In this document: piece after piece, positions 1-6,915 of the stretch
Position numbering within the stretch: the stretch's first letter is position 1
Layout: the number at the start of each line of letters is the position of its first letter
Assembly (NCBI GenBank): GCA_002898395.1
Contig: BEHE01000027.1
Span: 1 to 13,880 of the forward strand
Length of the DNA: 13,880 bases
Source: Candidatus Calditenuaceae archaeon HR02
Lineage (GTDB): Archaea > Thermoproteota > Nitrososphaeria_A > Caldarchaeales > Calditenuaceae
Direction of reading: 5' to 3'
Made by a program: the position numbers and the translations under genes
The notes under the pieces: generated by a model
Database searches by the model: none
What the model saw: only the letters and a program-made list of their open reading frames with translations
Told to the model about the DNA's origin: nothing

Positions 1-160
1 ACAGGACGGTTGGGCAGCTCATAGTCGAGTGGATACTGGGCCTAGTGGCGTTCTTCTCGCTCGCCGCAGGGCCCTTCGGCCTGAGTCATCTCCCTCGGGG
101 CTAGCGCCCCTACTCTTTGGAGCCGCGGTACTCTATGGACTAGTCAGGCTCAGGGACTGA
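1..160 (+). other. Possible 3' end of a membrane-protein gene entering from the left edge, possibly frameshifted
   Basis: Frame 3 (3..104) reads RTVGQLIVEWILGLVAFFSLAAGPFGLS, and frame 2 (open to TGA 158-160) ends SGLAPLLFGAAVLYGLVRLRD*. Both segments are hydrophobic. Too short to assign. Confidence 0.3.
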
Positions 161-164
161 CTGC

Positions 165-799
165 GCACCGCTAATTTACTTGCGAACATCGGTAGAAGGT
201 TAAAAGTGGCCTATACTCCTCCGACGATGTTATTGTAGAGTAGGGGGGCTCTGTTGCTGAGGGATAATAGGTACCATACTCCGAAAATCTGCTGTAATGC
301 GAGGAATAGAACTCCGTGCCAAAGTCAATCCAAAAAACTTAGGTGAGGTGTTACCTTTGATGGCAAAGAACGATGCGGTTATGAATCCGCCGACTGACAT
401 AGCTCCAACCACTGTATGGAGTATTAAGGGTGGGTAAAGCGGGTTAAGGAAAACTTGGAGCCTCGCCGAGTCTGGTGAACCCTGTAAAGCCACAGCGACC
501 CCATGTGGAGACGTTATTTCGGCGAAGATGTACCTGAAGCCAAAGGGGGCCGCGAAGCCTGAAACCGCCATTATGAAACCAATAGCTATGTGGACATTGG
601 GCTTTACTTTTCCCCACGTATACCAAAATAGAGCTATACTAGATATTCGGATGACTATCGCGAACAATGCTATCAGGAGAGGATAGAAGAGAGTGTCTGT
701 GGCGATAGCTAAGAGGGTTGGGAATAGCCCGGCAAGTATGACGGTGATGATTGTCCCCCATACACCGCTGAACAGTTCATGTACGATGGCAATGCTACA
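165..799 (-). pseudogene. cydA: Degraded cytochrome bd oxidase subunit I-like (CydA/CydA'-like) fragment
   Basis: The frame of ORF 230..667 stays open upstream to 799 (IAIVHELFSGVWGTIITVILAGLFPTLLAIATDTLFYPLLIALF), with TGA at 802-800. It shows CydA-like motifs LFWYTWGKV..H and FLNP....ILHTV (His186-equivalent). Similarity continues in another frame from 324 (LWHGVLFLALQQIFGVWYLLSL), which hits TAG at 213-211. The N-terminal helix and C-terminal part are absent. Confidence 0.75.
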
Positions 800-879
800 T
801 CACATGCTTTCAGAGTGGATTGTGGTGTAAGGATGGATCTTCCTATTGTTGTAGGTGGTCGTTGGTTGTTGAGGTGTCG

Positions 880-908
880 AAAAATATGTCTCGACTATAC
901 CGTCGAGA
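880..908 (-). terminator. Putative terminator of the ATP synthase K gene
   Basis: Perfect 7-bp inverted repeat TCTCGAC (889-895) / GTCGAGA (902-908) with a 6-nt loop, 13 nt after the stop codon. TTTTT (884-880) follows on the minus strand. Confidence 0.5.
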
Positions 909-921
909 TGTTTGGGCGTAG

Positions 922-1218
922 CTAGGAGGCTCCGAGAATGAAGAATGCGATAGCTATTCCGTAGATGGCTAGGGCCTCTCCGAAAGCGGCGATGATTATG
1001 GCCACCGTCCTGACTTCAGGCCTCTCTGCTGAAGCTGCGAGCCCGGCCGAGCCTGCTCGCGATATTGCGAAACCGGATGCGAGAACTGCTGCGCTGAAGG
1101 CTATGGCGGCGGCGAAGACCTTACTGAAGATATCAGACGTCGCCTCGACAGCGAAGACCGCCGGCAGCATCGACAAGGCCAGAAGCGCGCCATTGATTAG
1201 ATGTATTTTCGAGTTCAA
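922..1218 (-). CDS. atpK: A/V-type ATP synthase subunit K (c, proteolipid)
   Basis: Ala/Gly-rich hairpin with polar loop AERPE and conserved carboxylate in AFGEALAIYG, plus an extra hydrophobic N-terminal segment. TTG start. Confidence 0.9.
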   Translation of the reverse strand: MNSKIHLINGALLALSMLPAVFAVEATSDIFSKVFAAAIAFSAAVLASGFAISRAGSAGLAASAERPEVRTVAIIIAAFGEALAIYGIAIAFFILGAS

Positions 1219-1248
1219 GGCACTTCGGCTCTAAAGATAGGTGCTCAC

Positions 1249-1255
1249 ATATATA
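1249..1255 (-). promoter_or_regulatory. Candidate TATA box for atpK
   Basis: TATATAT on the minus strand about 30 nt upstream of the TTG at 1218. Confidence 0.45.
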
Positions 1256-1356
1256 CCATAGGCACGGTATACCCTGATGCCCATACACCTCGTTTGCTAA
1301 GGGGGGTGGGTAGATTAGAAAAATAGAAATTATGCGTTTTTGAGAGGGAGGACGAT

Positions 1357-1830
1357 ATGCCTGTCAAAGTCGGAGATAGGGCTCCAGATTTCTCGCTGCC
1401 TGACCAGGACAGGAATATCAGGAAGCTATCTGACTATCGCGGCAAGAAGGTTGTATTGGCCTTCTTCCCGGGCGCCTTCACCTCTGTATGCACAAAGGAG
1501 ATGTGCACCTTCCGGGACAGCCTCTCCCAGTTCTCAAAGCTCAACGCTGAAGTCATCGGAATAAGTGTGAACGACCCCTTCACGCTTAAGGCCTTCGCGG
1601 AGCACAATAAGCTCGGCTTTACACTACTCTCCGACTATTCGAGAGAGGTTTCTAAGAGGTATAGCGGAGTTCATGAGGATTTCCTCGGAATGAAGGGGTA
1701 TTCGGTGGCTAAGAGGTCGGTCTTCATAGTTGATAGGGATGGTGTCGTGAGGTATGCATGGATTTCTGAGGACCCCGCTAAGGAGCCGGACTACAGGGAG
1801 GTGGAGGAAGCACTAGTAAAGATCAGCTGA
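1357..1830 (+). CDS. bcp: Peroxiredoxin, BCP/PrxQ (AhpC-TSA) family
   Basis: [10 protein letters not shown] start, active site [15 protein letters not shown] (PxxxTxxC plus resolving Cys in CxxxxC), [24 protein letters not shown] upstream. Confidence 0.93.
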   Translation: MPVKVGDRAPDFSLPDQDRNIRKLSDYRGKKVVLAFFPGAFTSVCTKEMCTFRDSLSQFSKLNAEVIGISVNDPFTLKAFAEHNKLGFTLLSDYSREVSKRYSGVHEDFLGMKGYSVAKRSVFIVDRDGVVRYAWISEDPAKEPDYREVEEALVKIS

Positions 1831-2590
1831 GCATCACTGTTCCCCCATCAACTACTATCACCTGCCCGTTCACGTAACTGAAGAGATCCGAGGCCAGTGC
1901 GAGTGCTACGGTTGCCACTTCTCGGGGCTCCCCCCACCTTTTCATCGGAGACTCTTGGGCGAGCATCCGCCTTTCCGAGGGTTTGAGACGCCCATATGTC
2001 GCGCTGGTCTTTATGTTTCCTAGCGCTAGAGCATACGTCCTAATCCTTAGCCTGTTGTATTCGGCAGCTATCGACTTCATAAGCCCAACCAATGTGAGCT
2101 TGGCTAGGGAGTATGCGGCTCCATGAGTGTACCATGTCAGGGCAGGCGTGGAGGATGTGAAGATCATTACTCCGCCCCGTCTACTCATTATCGGTATGGC
2201 TGCTTGGGCTAGGCTTAGAGCAGTGAAGAAGTCTGCATCCATTATCCCTCTTATTGTGTGGACGTCTACCTTGTCGATGCCTTTATACCATGTTGATGGA
2301 TCGAGTCTGGCACCAACGAAGCTGACTAGTACGTCAAGCCCGCCTAGTTTTTGGGCCGCGGCCTTCACCACCTTGGCCGCCTCGCCAGGCCTGGTTAGGT
2401 CGGCTGGAATAGGTATCGCCTCTCCCCCCCGCGACTTTATCTCTGACGCCAGACTCCTCAACAGGTTTGCGCGCCTCGCCACCAAGGCTACTCTCGCCCC
2501 GTGTTCTGTGAAGACCCTCGCGGTCTCTTGGCCTATCTCGCTCGTAGCCCCCGCTATGAGTGCACGCCGTCCATCTAGGAGCATAACCAT
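1823..2590 (-). CDS. Short-chain dehydrogenase/reductase (FabG-like SDR)
   Basis: [16 protein letters not shown] Rossmann motif, TSS serine, YSLAK (YxxxK), [12 protein letters not shown], and C-terminal [11 protein letters not shown]. Start placed at ATG 2590 (2584 is an alternative) rather than 2668 because the fold begins there. Confidence 0.9.
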   Translation of the reverse strand: MVMLLDGRRALIAGATSEIGQETARVFTEHGARVALVARRANLLRSLASEIKSRGGEAIPIPADLTRPGEAAKVVKAAAQKLGGLDVLVSFVGARLDPSTWYKGIDKVDVHTIRGIMDADFFTALSLAQAAIPIMSRRGGVMIFTSSTPALTWYTHGAAYSLAKLTLVGLMKSIAAEYNRLRIRTYALALGNIKTSATYGRLKPSERRMLAQESPMKRWGEPREVATVALALASDLFSYVNGQVIVVDGGTVMLS

Positions 2591-3047
2591 CCACTTCGGC
2601 AGGGTCTCGTATAGCTTTATCCTGATTGGATACGCCGGCGCCTTCAAGAGAGACATGGATAACACCATCAGAGCCTACCTCGCGGAAGATCCATCCTCTC
2701 CTCAGAAACCTAACTGCAAGGACTGGTTTGGGGTTGAACTCTCGGCCGCAGTGGGGACACTTAATCCTGAAGAGCTCTGTGAATCTGAGCAGCCTCTCGA
2801 GCTGGTCAGTCCTTACATATATTGATTCCCTGTTGGTGGATTTCACCTCTATGGCGTAGAGTTCCCCATCTTCCACGACCAATAGGTCGGGCTTATACGT
2901 CTTCCCCGTTCCACTTCCCGGAGTCCTCACCGCGTAGTAGCCGGGCCTGTTGAGGGTTGTGAACTTCTTCATTAGATAGTATTCTCCCTCGTAGCCTATC
3001 CGTAGCCTGTAAGACCTCTTGAAAGGGGATGCTGGCCGCCGTGGCAT
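2334..3047 (-). CDS. hjc: Archaeal Holliday junction resolvase Hjc-like PD-(D/E)xK nuclease, with a run-on C-terminal tail
   Basis: GYEGE (cf. G..aEREL), AVRTPGSG, PDLLVV, AIEVKS, IYV..DQLERL.RF, LAVRF...W.F. Recognisable similarity ends near 2640. Start placed at ATG 3047. Confidence 0.82.
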   Translation of the reverse strand: MPRRPASPFKRSYRLRIGYEGEYYLMKKFTTLNRPGYYAVRTPGSGTGKTYKPDLLVVEDGELYAIEVKSTNRESIYVRTDQLERLLRFTELFRIKCPHCGREFNPKPVLAVRFLRRGWIFREVGSDGVIHVSLEGAGVSNQDKAIRDPAEVDGYAPRWTACTHSGGYERDRPRDREGLHRTRGESSLGGEARKPVEESGVRDKVAGGRGDTYSSRPNQAWRGGQGGEGRGPKTRRA

Positions 3048-3072
3048 GAATATCAACACTGTAGAGGGGTGC

Positions 3073-3097
3073 TATAAGAGTCACCATTCAAGAATGG
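3073..3097 (-). promoter_or_regulatory. Candidate hjc TATA box with adjacent palindrome
   Basis: TTATA on the minus strand (3077-3073) about 25 nt before ATG 3047. CCATTC-aa-GAATGG inverted repeat at 3084-3097. Confidence 0.35.
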
Positions 3098-3249
3098 AAG
3101 AAGCTATGGATGTAATAACCCAGATTGAATCGCATACCGAGGATCTAATTCAAGTTTATACTCTTTCATACATTGACGTGGAAAAGTATGCGTGCTTGTC
3201 CTACAGTTTAAGGGCATGTTAAGTGGATGGAGGGTTGGTGAGAAGGGGG

Positions 3250-3597
3250 TTGGCGTGCTTCATAACACCTCTGGTCGTTGCAATTCTCCTAAGCATATTT
3301 GAGAGGGCTGCTCCAAGCTGGAGGGGGAGGGTGGGGCTTCTCAGTTTACTTATGTGGGGTGGAGCAGTTGGTCTTATGGCAGACCACGTCGTGAAGGGAG
3401 AGCTGGTGCCTTGGCCGCCGTTCCTGACAGGATGGAGCCCGGCGGCTGGCTTATACCCTCTCGTTGAGGAGATGCTGCTTACTGGAGGCCTAATAACTGT
3501 GTCTATATCCGCATTCTGGGGAATTGTTCTCATGATTCCTAAGCTCCGCGCAGCGTCTCTTCTTACCAAGATTCGAGGCCCACTGAGGAGTGGCTAG
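3250..3597 (+). CDS. Small uncharacterised membrane protein (about 3 TM helices)
   Basis: Three hydrophobic segments with motifs ACF, LMWGG...DHVVKGELVPWPPFLT and EEM. The TTG at 3250 follows GAAGGGGG and gives MACFITP. The ORF track starts at GTG 3223. Confidence 0.75.
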   Translation: MACFITPLVVAILLSIFERAAPSWRGRVGLLSLLMWGGAVGLMADHVVKGELVPWPPFLTGWSPAAGLYPLVEEMLLTGGLITVSISAFWGIVLMIPKLRAASLLTKIRGPLRSG

Positions 3598-3634
3598 TCG
3601 AAACCTGTTGATAGGCTCCACGCATCAAATAATG

Positions 3635-3642
3635 TTTATATG
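3635..3642 (+). promoter_or_regulatory. Candidate TATA box for the MFS gene
   Basis: TTTATATG about 30 nt upstream of ATG 3672, within an AT-rich gap. Confidence 0.5.
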
Positions 3643-3671
3643 TGAATTTTATTGTATAGCGGATAATCGGC

Positions 3672-4844
3672 ATGAGTAGGGGTAGGCAGCTCACTATTCT
3701 CTCGCTAGGCCACTTCGTCAACGACCTATACGGGAGTGTCCTCCCACCGCTCTACCCTTTACTGGCGGGAATCTACGGCCTCACTTATGCATCTGCAGGG
3801 CTCTACACCGCGGCCTACCTCTTCTCCAGCGCGCTCATCCAGCCCCTATTCGGACAAGTCTTCGACAAGTATAGGTGGGGGTTCATGCTCCCGCTATCAC
3901 TTGTCCTCGGGGCTGTTGGTATAGGCTTGGTCGGGTTCGTCGGGGGGTTTGAGGCCTCGCTCCTCTGCGTAGCCATTGCTGGGACAGGCTCAGCAATATT
4001 TCATCCAGTAGCCTCCGCCTACTCCTCATACAGCTCTGAGAGACGGGGGCTCCTATTTTCCATGTTCATGATAGCTGGTAGGATTGGGGCTGCTGTGGCG
4101 CCCTTCCTAGCCCTGGGTGTGACGGGTGAGTGGGGACTCTCTGGCCTAGCTTTTTTTGCTTTACCAGCATTACTCATCCTATACTTCACCATCAGGATTG
4201 GAGAGTATGAGGGGGCTAGGCCTAATGGTGCATCTGTGGAGAGCGGCGGGCGCGAAACGGTATACCTGACTAGAGGTAGGGTTCTGGCCCTTACAGCGCT
4301 TGTTGGGCTTACGGGTATAAGTGCGCAGATAGCAGCTAACGGGGTTGTCAGTTTCGCCCCATTCTTAGCAGTCGCGAAGGGTCTTGGACAAGGGTTCGGC
4401 GGCCTTCTCTTGACAGTTCATTTCGTCGGAGCAATAATCGGCGTTCCCTTGGCCAGTTACTTATCAGACCTTAAGGGCAGGTACGCGGTCTCGATTGCGT
4501 TGCTGGGCTTAGCCTCCCCTCTCCTGGCCTCCTTCCCACTCCTCGACCCAAGTGGTATGGCTCTTGTATCTGCAGTGCTAGGCGCCTGCTTTGTATCAGC
4601 CCAGACCCTCTTAATCCTCATCCTGCATGAGGCGATGCCCGGCCGGAAAGGGCTTGCCACCAGCGTGATATACGGGGTTGGGCTGGGTGGGGGTGGACTA
4701 CTAACACCCGTGGTTGGCTATATGATAGATGTAGGCGGCTTCACTACGGGATACGTAGTCCTGTCGATAATCTGCCTACTCTCACTACTACCTCTAGCGG
4801 TGGCGTGGAGGCTCAAAAGAGTGCCTACCCCTATTCCTCCCTAG
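3672..4844 (+). CDS. MFS transporter, Fsr (fosmidomycin-resistance)-like
   Basis: About 12 TM helices in 390 aa. LGHFVNDLY, LIQPLFGQVFDK, GSAIFHP, RRG...SMF...G.IG and LSDLKGR are typical of Fsr-like MFS proteins. Confidence 0.88.
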   Translation: MSRGRQLTILSLGHFVNDLYGSVLPPLYPLLAGIYGLTYASAGLYTAAYLFSSALIQPLFGQVFDKYRWGFMLPLSLVLGAVGIGLVGFVGGFEASLLCVAIAGTGSAIFHPVASAYSSYSSERRGLLFSMFMIAGRIGAAVAPFLALGVTGEWGLSGLAFFALPALLILYFTIRIGEYEGARPNGASVESGGRETVYLTRGRVLALTALVGLTGISAQIAANGVVSFAPFLAVAKGLGQGFGGLLLTVHFVGAIIGVPLASYLSDLKGRYAVSIALLGLASPLLASFPLLDPSGMALVSAVLGACFVSAQTLLILILHEAMPGRKGLATSVIYGVGLGGGGLLTPVVGYMIDVGGFTTGYVVLSIICLLSLLPLAVAWRLKRVPTPIPP

Positions 4845-5817
4845 AGTAGGGTTTTCCAAGGGCCGCGGGCGCCGGAATCCTCCCCCTGCTGGCCAGCGAG
4901 ATCAGTACTAGTGTGACTATTGTTATGACGTAGGGGAGCATCATTATAAGCTGAGGCGTCTCGGCACCGAAGCCGCGGAGCGGTATACGGAACTGGAGAC
5001 TCTCGACACCGCCGAAGAGGAAGGAGGCGGCTATTGCTCTGAGGGGGCTCCAGGAGGAAAGGATCACGAGGCTGAGGGCTATGAATCCGCGGCTCCTAGT
5101 TAGGTTCTCGACCCAGAAGGGCTGGTAGCCGATGAAGAGGTAGGCACCGGCCACACCTGCGAGGGCGGAGCCGACTATCACTGCAAGGTATCTGACAGCG
5201 AAGACGTTTACACCTGCAGTATCTGCCAGGGCAGGGTTCTCGCCCACACTCCGCAGCGACAGCCCCCACCTAGTCCTGAAGAGGATGAACCAGAACAGCA
5301 GGGCTGAGGCTAGACCGGCGTAGACGAGGACATTCTGTGAAAAGAGGGCCCTACCAACAATCGGGACGCCTGCTATGAGCTCCACCCTTACCTCAGGCAG
5401 CCTAGGGGCCTGTTTAAGCTCCGCCAGATACTCGGGCACAGCGGGATTCAAGGACTTTAGCAGGTCCCTCGCCACTTCAGGAGTACCCATGAAGGCGCTT
5501 AGTCCCAGGCCAAGCCAAGTTATGGCTAAGCCCACGACGATCTGGTTCAGCCTAAGTGAGACTGATAGGAATGCGTGGAGAAGACCGAAGACCGCCCCCA
5601 CCAGCGCGGCTGTCAGGATTGCTGCAAGGTGGCCGTAGGCGAGTGTGATGATGAATGATGTTACCGCCCCCATCGCCATGATGCCCTCGATGCCAAGGTT
5701 AATCACCCCAGCCCTCTCCGTCACACACTCGCCCACAGAGGCTATGAGATAGATTGTGCCAGCAGAAACTGCGCTCGTCAAAATCGCCTCAACGAAGGAT
5801 AGAGACTCTAGTGTCAT
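4831..5817 (-). CDS. ABC transporter permease, nucleoside/purine (NupC/YufQ-like)
   Basis: GECVTERAGVINLGIEGIMAMGA, LNQIVVGLA, GLSLRSVGENPALADTAGVNV, RGFIALSLV, PAALGKPY. Confidence 0.92.
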   Translation of the reverse strand: MTLESLSFVEAILTSAVSAGTIYLIASVGECVTERAGVINLGIEGIMAMGAVTSFIITLAYGHLAAILTAALVGAVFGLLHAFLSVSLRLNQIVVGLAITWLGLGLSAFMGTPEVARDLLKSLNPAVPEYLAELKQAPRLPEVRVELIAGVPIVGRALFSQNVLVYAGLASALLFWFILFRTRWGLSLRSVGENPALADTAGVNVFAVRYLAVIVGSALAGVAGAYLFIGYQPFWVENLTRSRGFIALSLVILSSWSPLRAIAASFLFGGVESLQFRIPLRGFGAETPQLIMMLPYVITIVTLVLISLASRGRIPAPAALGKPYSREE

Positions 5818-6890
5818 GCCACCACTCCCCTACCTCTAACCACGATAGTGAGCCGATGCCTCTTCACAAACTCGGCGACGATGGTTGCTAGGAAGATCAT
5901 CGCCATTATAATTTCTACTCCAGACTTGGGCATCTGGAGGCTTGCCTGGAGGAGGTCGCCGCCAGTCACGAGCATCCCGAAGAGGATTGATGAGAAGAAT
6001 ACTGCGGGCGGGTAGAGACCGCCCAGCATGGAGGCAATTATTGCGTGGTAGCCGTAGCCCGGGGAAGCCCCCGGTCTAAGCCTTCCTATCAAGCCGCTGA
6101 CCACGATCAGCCCGGCCAAGCCGGCCAAGGCTCCGCTGATGAAGACGCCTCTGACCAAGATTGAGCTTATCCCCACCCCCGCGTACCTAGAGGCGTAGAT
6201 GTTGAGGCCCACTATCTTGGATTCAAAGCCGAAGACCGTGAACTTGAAGACTAGCAGTGTCAGAACGGTCACTGCCATGGCTAAGACCAGATATGCTACT
6301 GCGTCTGAGACACCCGGGATTGATATCCTTGCGGTTGAGGGGAACTGGACTGTCTGGGCAAACCCATATCCCGCAGGGTCCTTCCAGGCGCCATGGACTA
6401 GAAAGTCCGCGAGCAGGATAGCGGTGTAGTTTAGCATTAGGGTTGTTATTATCTCGTTGGCGCCAAACCTGACCTTGAGGATCACCGGGACCAGGCCCCA
6501 TGCCCCTCCGGCCACCATAGAGGCCGCGATCACCGTAGGCAGTAGGAGATGCTGTCCCGTGCCGTATCCGGCGCTGTGCAGTACAACGACACCGGTAGCT
6601 GCTATCATCCCCATGTATAGCTGCCCCTCGGCACCTATGTTCCAGAAGCCCATTCGATACGAGTAGCACAAGCCTATAGACGCCAGGATTATGGGGGCTG
6701 ACCTCCTGAAGACCTCCTCAAGCATTATTGGGCTAAGAAGAGCTGTGAAGAAAGACCTGTAGATGTGTAGTGCGCTGAATCCTAGGAGTTGGAAGATGAG
6801 GCCCGAGGCTAGGAAGGCGAGGAGCAGCATCCCGAGAGAGACGATTATCGAGTAACGCGGGGTTACTTCAGGCCTCCTCTCAACCCTCAC
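5814..6890 (-). CDS. ABC transporter permease, nucleoside/purine (NupB/YufP-like)
   Basis: GFWNIGAEGQLYMG, ANEIITTLMLNY, SGALAGLAG, PGYGYHAIIASMLG. Overlaps the next start by 4 nt (ATGA). Start is uncertain: GTG 6890 is preferred and 6941 is possible. Confidence 0.9.
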   Translation of the reverse strand: MRVERRPEVTPRYSIIVSLGMLLLAFLASGLIFQLLGFSALHIYRSFFTALLSPIMLEEVFRRSAPIILASIGLCYSYRMGFWNIGAEGQLYMGMIAATGVVVLHSAGYGTGQHLLLPTVIAASMVAGGAWGLVPVILKVRFGANEIITTLMLNYTAILLADFLVHGAWKDPAGYGFAQTVQFPSTARISIPGVSDAVAYLVLAMAVTVLTLLVFKFTVFGFESKIVGLNIYASRYAGVGISSILVRGVFISGALAGLAGLIVVSGLIGRLRPGASPGYGYHAIIASMLGGLYPPAVFFSSILFGMLVTGGDLLQASLQMPKSGVEIIMAMIFLATIVAEFVKRHRLTIVVRGRGVVA

Positions 6891-6915
6891 TAATAGCTTG
6901 AGGCCGCCGGGAAGG

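Noticed and set aside
211-213. In-frame TAG in the cydA-like region as pyrrolysine or read-through
   Set aside because: The gene is also frameshifted and truncated, so decay is the simpler explanation. No pyl genes are in view.
320-340. T6 run as a programmed frameshift site in cydA
   Set aside because: The downstream frame has TGA immediately before its start at 324, so slippage at the run alone cannot restore the protein.
800-880. GT-skewed intergenic stretch as an IS remnant or sRNA
   Set aside because: No terminal inverted repeats, transposase motif or paired C/D boxes are recognisable.
2127-2825. 232-aa plus-strand ORF, and similar antisense or alternate-frame ORFs (965..1234, 6223..6669, 7562..8074, 9036..9452, 12659..12997)
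   Set aside because: These are shadows of well-supported genes, with no recognisable motifs and a composition typical of off-frame translation.
3019-3222. 67-aa ORF in the hjc intergenic region
   Set aside because: It overlaps the hjc start and promoter elements and has no motif, so it is more likely regulatory DNA.
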